From: a virus
Direction: 5' to 3' (one strand)
Virus record (IMG/VR): IMGVR_UViG_3300029706_000090
Coordinates: 1 to 5,088 of that record
Length of the DNA stretch: 5,088 bases
In this document: in pieces, positions 1 through 4,836 of the stretch
Numbering within the stretch: position 1 is the stretch's first letter
How the letters are laid out: the number at the start of each line of letters is the position of its first letter
The notes under the pieces: generated by a model
Databases searched by the model: none
The model's input: only the letters and a program-made list of their open reading frames with translations
What the model was told of the DNA's origin: nothing
Program-made: the position numbers and the translations under genes

Positions 1-93
1 CAGAGTTGCAAGAATAGAGGAAGTAGCGGTCTGAAGTCATCATCCTTTCATAAAAATATTTATGGCACATGTCACGGTCGAAGCATGAGAACC
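1..93. repeat. Terminal direct repeat, identical to 4996-5088. Most simply a circular replicon of about 4995 bp laid out with 93 bp of overlap. Less likely, att-type duplication flanking an integrated copy.
   Basis: Bases 1-93 (cagagttgcaagaatagagg...catgagaacc) recur exactly at 4996-5088. Genes and ORFs continue across the junction. Confidence 0.95.
43..70. other. dif-like candidate XerC/D-type recombination site (tcctttCATAA-aaatat-TTATGgcacat), repeated at 5038-5065
   Basis: The inner half-sites CATAA-N6-TTATG are the most conserved core of dif sites. It lies in a noncoding gap between two small ORFs. No tyrosine-recombinase or integrase gene is present in the element. The outer arms are divergent and the region is AT-rich, so it could be chance. 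Confidence 0.3.
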
Positions 94-185
94 AACATAG
101 AGAAAACAGCAGCGAATACAATGAAATAGCCAATCTCGGGGACAGTGAAGATACCGAAACAATACTGTAAAGGTAAAATAGTCAT
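72..185 (-). CDS. 37-aa hydrophobic small protein, a candidate minor coat protein (pVII/pIX-like by size). Sequence: MTILPLQYCFGIFTVPEIGYFIVFAAVFSMLVLMLRP.
   Basis: Not in the ORF track (too short). Its ATG overlaps the stop of the upstream 205-aa ORF (ATGA at 183-187), implying translational coupling. It is a single predicted transmembrane helix. The stop is TGA at 72-74. Confidence 0.4.
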   Translation of the reverse strand: MTILPLQYCFGIFTVPEIGYFIVFAAVFSMLVLMLRP

Positions 186-802
186 CAGCTCATGCGCCCC
201 CAAATCGCGTTTTTAATCCAAGTAACAGTAGTAATGAAGACAAGGACAACAAGCAGAGCAGAAACGCAAGCTTGCGGGTTGAGTACCTGAGAAGTGGTAG
301 TGGAATCTTCCTCATAAGGGAGCTGAATAAGTTGAGTCGCACTATTATAGGAATACCTTTCAGACGTATAGCCGGACTTGTGCACCGTCTCAGTGCGTTC
401 GATAAAAAACGTGTCTCCGAACCAATCCATAATAGAAGTGAAACTATTAGAGACGTTAGGGAGATTAGCATACAAAGCCGGAGTATCTGCGGCACGGTCA
501 TCATAAGCGGTCAAACTCCCCTCAAAAGGCAATTCTTCTTCCTGAGGAACATAATCTTCACGGAGGTCAGGAGATTCAGTGATATTTTGTGCAGGTTCAC
601 CAGAAGCAGAAGCTTCAGACGGAGAATCATCTCGTGCATCTTGCTGTGAATCAAGTTTAACAATAGCTTCGGCAGATGCCTTAAGATAATCATACTGCTG
701 CACGGTCATGTCACAAGTACTACCGTCTTTATACAGCACAGTGTAGACAGTAACGCCGTCAGTATCAACCCAAGTTTTGATAATAGCAGGGACTTCCATC
801 AT
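185..802 (-). CDS. 205-aa acidic protein with a C-terminal transmembrane helix (tail-anchored), in the position pVI occupies in Ff phages. Function unknown.
   Basis: Long ORF with an excellent SD (GGAGGTGATAA before ATG). Its start overlaps the stop of the 55-aa ORF (ATGA). It has a Glu/Asp/Ser-rich middle and a C-terminal hydrophobic stretch, ACVSALLVVLVFITTVTWIK. Confidence 0.7.
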   Translation of the reverse strand: MMEVPAIIKTWVDTDGVTVYTVLYKDGSTCDMTVQQYDYLKASAEAIVKLDSQQDARDDSPSEASASGEPAQNITESPDLREDYVPQEEELPFEGSLTAYDDRAADTPALYANLPNVSNSFTSIMDWFGDTFFIERTETVHKSGYTSERYSYNSATQLIQLPYEEDSTTTSQVLNPQACVSALLVVLVFITTVTWIKNAIWGRMS

Positions 803-966
803 TTATCACCTCCATCCCAAAGGCCACGGAGAACAAAACCAACAAGCGAAAGCAGAAGACAGACAAGAACGAAGTTGCCAAAGGTACCGAAGCCGAAAAA
901 AGAAAGATTAAGGACATTAGCGATAAACGATGTTACAACACCGAGGGTCGAAACGAAGTCTACCAT
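799..966 (-). CDS. 55-aa small hydrophobic membrane protein, a candidate virion minor coat or membrane protein. Sequence: MVDFVSTLGVVTSFIANVLNLSFFGFGTFGNFVLVCLLLSLVGFVLRGLWDGGDK.
   Basis: Not in the ORF track. AAAGGA lies 9 nt upstream of the ATG at 966. The start overlaps the stop of the 43-aa ORF (ATGGTAG), and its own stop overlaps the start of the 205-aa ORF (ATGA). It has two hydrophobic segments. Confidence 0.5.
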   Translation of the reverse strand: MVDFVSTLGVVTSFIANVLNLSFFGFGTFGNFVLVCLLLSLVGFVLRGLWDGGDK

Positions 967-1091
967 GGCAACCAATCCTTTACGAATTTATAGATACCGA
1001 GGGCAACGAGAAAAACGACAACGGCGATAACAAGAGCACCACCGGAACCGAGCAAGCCAAAGACCTGCTTGAAAAAGTCAATAAAAGTCAT
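960..1091 (-). CDS. 43-aa major-coat-protein candidate (pVIII-like, with no signal peptide, as in Pf3 coat protein). Sequence: MTFIDFFKQVFGLLGSGGALVIAVVVFLVALGIYKFVKDWLPW.
   Basis: Not in the ORF track. GAAAGG lies 9 nt upstream of the ATG at 1091. The ATG overlaps the TGA of the pIII-like gene (ATGA at 1088-1091). The protein has an amphipathic N-terminus, a hydrophobic core, and Lys residues near the C-terminus, which is the typical pVIII layout. Confidence 0.5.
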   Translation of the reverse strand: MTFIDFFKQVFGLLGSGGALVIAVVVFLVALGIYKFVKDWLPW

Positions 1092-2266
1092 CCGTCAACC
1101 GCCTTTCGTATCAACATACGGAGCACAACGGCACCAAAGACCATGAGCGAAATAATGAAAAGGAAGCCGCCAAGATTCTGAAACATGGCATTTAGTACCG
1201 AAATAGAAGTCGAAGCAACGTCAGTATCTACGGAAGAAGAAGAATTCCAAGAATTCAAGTTATCCTTTGTGTTTGTGAGAGTATCGGAATCAACATCAAA
1301 GTCCTTAACAAGCTGGTCTTGAAGCTTATCCATAGTAACTTGAGAAATCCAATCACCAACCTTGACATCAGCAGGAAGCAAAGCATCAGGAACCCAAAGA
1401 GTTAAAGCAAAAGAGATAGAAACATCAAATTGCGTATTATAGACATGCATACCAGAACTAGAAGGTTGCTTACAAAAAACTAAACCAACGTCAGAAGAGG
1501 GAATAGAAAAAGCAAGGGGGAAAGGACGATAAGAGGGAGTACTTAAATGCGACATGCTCAAATGCAAATAATTATCATTAGAGGGGGAAGCCCAAAAATC
1601 ATTATCACCGTTCCGAATACTAAAAGAAGTATGATTAGTAGAACTATCGGATTTATCCCCAAAAAAGAAAATATTAGTGGGAACATAAATAGGATTATAA
1701 TCAAATATTTCGTGATCGAAATAATCAGAAATAGAAGAAGAATCAGAAGAAGGCCAAGAAGTCAAAAAACCAAAAATAGAACGGTCGGAAAAGACATCTG
1801 AAATGTTTTGAAGATCACCTCTCCATTTAACAGGATAAACGCGGAGAGCGCCAATATTGTAAGAAGGGTCACCAACAGGAAAAGAGGGCAAATCAAAAAG
1901 ATAACCAAAATCACTAGTCGGAACATAAGGAACCGAATACATATAAGTATGCGTAGTACCAGAAGAAGAAGTATAAGAATAGGTCGAAGAATCAGTTGAA
2001 TAAGGGAGCCAAGAATTATAAGAACTACCAGGGTAAGAGGAATACTCCTTCATAGGAGAGCAAATCAACTCATAACCAGAATACCCAGATAAAGACTTGC
2101 GTTGCCAAACATACCAAGAGCCAGGACGAGAATGAAAATCATCATTAGAAGGAGACGCGGGCCAATTATTAGATGCAAAAGCAGGAACAGAAAGAGAAAA
2201 AGAAAGAACCAAAGCCGCGACAAGGGCGGCGAAGCGCTTAAAGAAGCACCAATGCTTTTTATTCAC
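1088..2266 (-). CDS. pIII-like adsorption or minor coat protein. It has an N-terminal signal peptide, a Ser/Tyr-rich ectodomain, and a C-terminal membrane anchor. The probable start is GTG at 2266, which follows AAAGGTGGT + 9 nt. The maximal ORF begins at GTG 2284 and gives 398 aa.
   Basis: The signal-peptide-like N-terminus is (M)NKKHWCFFKRFAALVAALVLSFSLSVPAFA|SNN. The C-terminal hydrophobic anchor GFLFIISLMVFGAVVLRMLIRK is followed by a short basic tail. It is the largest structural gene, with tiny coat ORFs downstream of it. Confidence 0.6.
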   Translation of the reverse strand: MNKKHWCFFKRFAALVAALVLSFSLSVPAFASNNWPASPSNDDFHSRPGSWYVWQRKSLSGYSGYELICSPMKEYSSYPGSSYNSWLPYSTDSSTYSYTSSSGTTHTYMYSVPYVPTSDFGYLFDLPSFPVGDPSYNIGALRVYPVKWRGDLQNISDVFSDRSIFGFLTSWPSSDSSSISDYFDHEIFDYNPIYVPTNIFFFGDKSDSSTNHTSFSIRNGDNDFWASPSNDNYLHLSMSHLSTPSYRPFPLAFSIPSSDVGLVFCKQPSSSGMHVYNTQFDVSISFALTLWVPDALLPADVKVGDWISQVTMDKLQDQLVKDFDVDSDTLTNTKDNLNSWNSSSSVDTDVASTSISVLNAMFQNLGGFLFIISLMVFGAVVLRMLIRKAVDG

Positions 2267-2313
2267 TTCGCCACCACCTTTCACGGCATCGAATAACGGA
2301 GGTCAATCCGTAC

Positions 2314-2387
2314 TGGTTGCGGGGTTAGGATTCGAACCTACAGCTTCACGTTCAGAGCGTGACGTGCTACCGTTGCACCACCCCGCC
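2314..2387 (-). tRNA. tRNA-Gln (anticodon CUG at 2355-2353), 74 nt, with an encoded 3' CCA
   Basis: Minus-strand sequence: GGCGGGGUGGUGCAACGGUAGCACGUCACGCUCUGAACGUGAAGCUGUAGGUUCGAAUCCUAACCCCGCAACCA. Cloverleaf features by eye: acceptor stem 2-7/66-71 (6 bp, G1·A72 mismatch), U8, A14, a 4-bp D-stem GUGC/GCAC with G18G19 in the D-loop, a 5-bp anticodon stem UCACG/CGUGA, loop CU-CUG-AA with U33 and A37, a 4-nt variable loop, and a GGUUCGAAUCC T-arm (G49·A65 mismatch). Confidence 0.7.
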
Positions 2388-2447
2388 ATGTGAGAGCGGC
2401 GAACCACTCTCCCATAGGAAATGAAATTTAGGTTTGAACAAAGAAAG

Positions 2448-2690
2448 TTAAACTTCCTCAATTCCGAGAAGAAACCCATTGCGGTCGAAGTCGAAATCGT
2501 ACATAGCGCCAACAACAACAAGCGCATACGGCATCATACGAGCGTCAACATTGATTCTATCAACCTGCACGCCATCGTTGTCATCATTTGCACGCATCGA
2601 ATATTCGACCATGAGAGTAGTAAAATCATAGTTTTTGCCCTGCTTAGATGTGCCAGCGCGACGGGACTTACCAACTACAGTAGCTTTCAT
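2448..2690 (-). CDS. ssDNA-binding protein, gpV-like (80 aa)
   Basis: It lies immediately downstream of Rep, as gV does in Ff. GAAAGGATGG lies 7 nt upstream of the ATG. The segment SRRAGTSKQGKNY resembles the M13 gV DNA-binding wing TRSGVSRQGKPY (pattern S-R-x-G-x-S-[RK]-Q-G-K-x-Y). The size matches gV (87 aa in Ff). Confidence 0.6.
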   Translation of the reverse strand: MKATVVGKSRRAGTSKQGKNYDFTTLMVEYSMRANDDNDGVQVDRINVDARMMPYALVVVGAMYDFDFDRNGFLLGIEEV

Positions 2691-2708
2691 TGAGAGACCA
2701 TCCTTTCA

Positions 2709-3845
2709 TCAGAATAAAGATATATCATCAAACCCGACTTCACTAAAGGGAGAGGGGTCATCAGCGACTTCACGAAATTCTTCAACGGCAACACGCGAGG
2801 ATTCCGAGAATTGCGCAACTTCCTCTGTCAGCGCCAGAGGGGAGAACGGAAGACGCTCATTATAAAACTGTTCCCACTTACAACAAGCGAGGATTAGAAG
2901 CTCAGGGCGATAAAGCATAATATCAATAAGCCTGTGACCGAAGACATTAGCAACATAGGTCATTTTTTCTTCCTCGGTATGGATAGCAACGGAGAACTTT
3001 TGAACAAGGTCATCACTAAGGGGATGCGATAAGTCCTTAGTGAACTTAATGTTACGGGCATCAATATCGGTCACAAACTGCATATCATCCCAGCCATCAG
3101 GGAGAAGAATTTCATTCCCATAGCGACACCAGAATTTACGGAGATAAGCGAAGAGCATGTCAGGGTCTTCATAGTAAAACCAGAAAAGAGGAGAGGGGTC
3201 ATAGACGGTACGAGACCCAGCACGAACACGAGAAATGAATTTAAGCTCCATTTCATAACGAATAATATAGGAATCATCAGGGCAATCCAGAAGTTCACCA
3301 GAAGACATACAGAACTTTTGTTCAGGGTCTTGCAGAGATTTATTATAGATACGACAGAAGACCGCAGAAGACGTTCTGCGACCGATATAAACGGTAGTAG
3401 AATCGCCATAGCCTAGATACATGAACTTGCGAACCTTACGGGCTTTTTCAGGGTAATTCATTTCATCGACAGATGCAGTAACAACACCGAGATAGAACTC
3501 GCGCCACCGTTCTTTTTTCATAACAACATCGAAACAAAAGTCAAGACGGGAAAAATGACCGTATACATGACCTTCCTGCATCAGTGACGCAAGTCGTGGT
3601 AAGGTGGAGCGGAAAAGCTCACAACCATGACCAGACACTTGCAAAGAATGCGGAGATTGTTTCGCACCGTTGTTCGGCTTATAGAAAAGCCCCGCAGGGG
3701 AATTAAAAGGGGAATTCTCACTTGCGTTAGAAGTCTGTGCAAAGTGCAAATCACCCTTAGCAAGAGCATCTTCGATTTTAGGAATAGAAATTGAGCCCTG
3801 TTCAAAAGCAAATGTAGCGTAGTCAAGTTTAACAACCGTTTTCAT
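2709..3845 (-). CDS. rep: Rolling-circle replication initiator of the Rep_trans family (pT181 RepC/RepD-like). The probable start is ATG 3845, which follows AAAGGTGG. The maximal ORF starts at 3887 and gives 392 aa.
   Basis: Motifs: SRLDFCFDV near the N-terminus of the domain; CRIYNK with the putative catalytic Tyr codon at 3345-3347; YIIRYEMELK (compare the R-V-E-I-E-L-K segment of staphylococcal RepC/D). The upstream ATG at 3887 has no SD and lies inside the predicted -10 hexamer of the promoter. Confidence 0.8.
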   Translation of the reverse strand: MKTVVKLDYATFAFEQGSISIPKIEDALAKGDLHFAQTSNASENSPFNSPAGLFYKPNNGAKQSPHSLQVSGHGCELFRSTLPRLASLMQEGHVYGHFSRLDFCFDVVMKKERWREFYLGVVTASVDEMNYPEKARKVRKFMYLGYGDSTTVYIGRRTSSAVFCRIYNKSLQDPEQKFCMSSGELLDCPDDSYIIRYEMELKFISRVRAGSRTVYDPSPLFWFYYEDPDMLFAYLRKFWCRYGNEILLPDGWDDMQFVTDIDARNIKFTKDLSHPLSDDLVQKFSVAIHTEEEKMTYVANVFGHRLIDIMLYRPELLILACCKWEQFYNERLPFSPLALTEEVAQFSESSRVAVEEFREVADDPSPFSEVGFDDISLF

Positions 3846-3877
3846 GTGAGAAAACCACCTTTCATTTCCATGGCTAA

Positions 3878-3906
3878 ATGTTACCATAGTATGGATAAGC
3901 TGTCAA
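3878..3906 (-). promoter_or_regulatory. Sigma70-like promoter reading into rep on the minus strand: -35 TTGACA (3906-3901), 17-bp spacer, -10 TAACAT (3883-3878)
   Basis: Perfect -35 hexamer, optimal 17-bp spacing, 4/6 match at -10. It lies about 35 nt upstream of the SD and ATG at 3845. It is the only obvious promoter on the coding strand, which is consistent with a single operon that ends at the terminator at 4089-4141. Confidence 0.5.
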
Positions 3907-3922
3907 GAGGAAATTTCAAAAA

Positions 3923-3949
3923 GGTGGGCGTATTACACGAACGCCCACC
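3923..3949. other. 9-bp perfect inverted repeat (GGTGGGCGT...ACGCCCACC) with a 9-nt loop. It is a candidate plus-strand origin, Rep nick-site hairpin or operator just upstream of the promoter.
   Basis: Perfect complementarity between 3923-3931 and 3941-3949, in the noncoding region between the terminator and the rep promoter. Confidence 0.4.
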
Positions 3950-4010
3950 GGCTCCCGCCATCACGGTAGACACTACACAACGGAAGCCCCTACCAAACTG
4001 TTTAGGAGGG

Positions 4011-4029
4011 GCAAGGGCTTTGCCCTTGC
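4011..4029. other. 8-bp GC-rich hairpin (GCAAGGGC-TTT-GCCCTTGC) in the intergenic region. It is a candidate for a minus-strand origin, packaging signal or ori structure.
   Basis: Perfect 8-bp stem with a 3-nt loop, embedded in a GC-rich noncoding segment (3950-4088) that is atypical of the rest of the genome. Confidence 0.35.
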
Positions 4030-4088
4030 GGGGACGAGGGACGCGGTGGAGACGCTATCGCGCGACTAAACGTCGGGAGTGCTCCGGT

Positions 4089-4141
4089 AAAAAAAAGAAC
4101 TCCCCTAACCCCCTACGGGGGCACGGGGAGAACTTTTTTTT
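4089..4141 (-). terminator. Strong bidirectional rho-independent terminator. It ends the minus-strand operon directly after the Zot-like gene.
   Basis: A8 (4089-4096), then a two-tier GC stem CTCCCC/GGGGAG (4100-4105/4125-4130) enclosing CCCCC-TAC-GGGGG (4109-4121), then T8 (4134-4141). On the minus strand the stop codon TAA (4142-4140) runs into the stem-loop, followed by UUCUUUUUUUU. Confidence 0.75.
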
Positions 4142-4763
4142 ACTTCGAGGGGGTCTTGCTGATAACCTGCTCTGTATCGTATTCTAAGGCACTCACCTGC
4201 TTCACGGACTTAGGGATAGTATACCACCTTGCCCTGCCAGCCTTGCGCACCGTGTTGACCAGCTCTTGGCCTCCCTCGGGGCGATGTTCCATGGCAATGC
4301 AGGAGCGATAAGGAGTAAGACGACAGAACCAGCCGATGCGGTTGCAAAGAAAAATACGGTCACAGAGGTCACGAATCTTTTTATCAAAGTCCATGGTCTG
4401 AGAAGATACAATAATCGTCAAATGATATTTGCGCTGCATTTTGAAAAACTCAACTGCTTCTCGGGGCATAGTCTTGAAGTCACGGTTAGAGTGGAGCACG
4501 CCTATCTCATCAATGAGAATGAGAGAATCAGGGAGAAAGGTCTGTTTCCAATATTCCGGCTCTAACTCATAACCGATACCCATATTAGAATAGATAAGCC
4601 CCTTATTAGAACGAAGCCACTTATCAGCAACACGAGACATATACAGAGATTTGCCAGAGCCTTTTGAACCAACAACAGCTTCCAATTTGTATGGATTTTT
4701 GCAATAATTATCGATATATACAAAAAGCCAGCAAATACAAAAGATGAGAATACCATAAAGCAT
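4140..4763 (-). CDS. Zot/pI-like P-loop NTPase, a filamentous-phage assembly ATPase. This short form has an N-terminal transmembrane helix and no C-terminal periplasmic domain. The probable start is ATG 4763, which follows AAAGGA + 9 nt. The maximal ORF starts at 4781 and gives 213 aa.
   Basis: Walker A GSKGSGKS is encoded at 4670-4647. Walker B LILIDEIG compares with Zot FLFIDECG. YHLTIIVSSQT compares with Zot HHGWDICLTTPN. The N-terminal hydrophobic segment is LYGILIFCICWLFVYI. It is the last gene before the terminator, as gI is late in Ff. Confidence 0.75.
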   Translation of the reverse strand: MLYGILIFCICWLFVYIDNYCKNPYKLEAVVGSKGSGKSLYMSRVADKWLRSNKGLIYSNMGIGYELEPEYWKQTFLPDSLILIDEIGVLHSNRDFKTMPREAVEFFKMQRKYHLTIIVSSQTMDFDKKIRDLCDRIFLCNRIGWFCRLTPYRSCIAMEHRPEGGQELVNTVRKAGRARWYTIPKSVKQVSALEYDTEQVISKTPSK

Positions 4764-4786
4764 AGCATATAATCCTTTCATAAGAC

Positions 4787-4829
4787 GAGAAAACGTCGCC
4801 GACCATAAAATGGTCGGCGGCGTTTTCTC
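4787..4829. other. 19-bp near-perfect hairpin (one G·U pair) with a 5-nt loop, between the 42-aa coat-like ORF and the Zot-like gene. It is a candidate packaging signal, minus-strand origin or attenuator.
   Basis: GAGAAAACGTCGCCGACCA (4787-4805), loop TAAAA, then TGGTCGGCGGCGTTTTCTC (4811-4829). It ends 5 nt before the ATG at 4781. No U-tract follows in either orientation. Confidence 0.5.
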
Positions 4830-4836
4830 TCAGCGT

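Noticed and set aside
1-93. Terminal repeats read as LTR-like or IS-like ends, or as a CRISPR-like repeat
   Set aside because: There is a single exact duplication at the two window ends, with genes continuing across it and no transposase. This is the signature of a circular sequence written with overlap. No spacer-repeat periodicity exists anywhere.
190-504. Minus-strand alternative-frame ORFs inside larger genes (190-504, 511-693, 3071-3409, 3581-3835, 4202-4411, 4562-4768)
   Set aside because: Each is nested in a different frame within a longer, better-supported CDS (the 205-aa gene, rep or the Zot-like gene). They are hydrophobic or Leu-rich frame artefacts.
272-649. Plus-strand ORF (125 aa), and similarly 930-1181, 1547-1801, 1808-1999, 2102-2296, 2421-2693, 2635-2865 and 4266-4565
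   Set aside because: All lie antisense to well-supported minus-strand genes. They lack SD motifs. Their Arg/Lys/Ile-rich composition is what antisense translation of Ser/Asp/Glu-rich genes produces.
2388-2447. Possible dedicated promoter for the tRNA (TTGTTC ... TATGGG)
   Set aside because: Matches to the -35 and -10 consensus are only 3/6 each. The tRNA is more simply explained as processed from the operon transcript.
2303-2527. 74-aa minus-strand ORF
   Set aside because: It overlaps the tRNA gene and the 3' end of the SSB gene in another frame. It has no SD.
3987-4010. CCCCT...AGGGG pairing around aaactgttt as an additional hairpin
   Set aside because: The stem is short and the interior is not self-complementary. 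It cannot be distinguished from chance in a GC-rich segment.
3846-4187. 113-aa plus-strand ORF spanning the whole intergenic region
   Set aside because: It has a GTG start with no SD. It runs through the promoter, the origin hairpins and the bidirectional terminator. Its basic low-complexity product is typical of translated GC-rich structured DNA.
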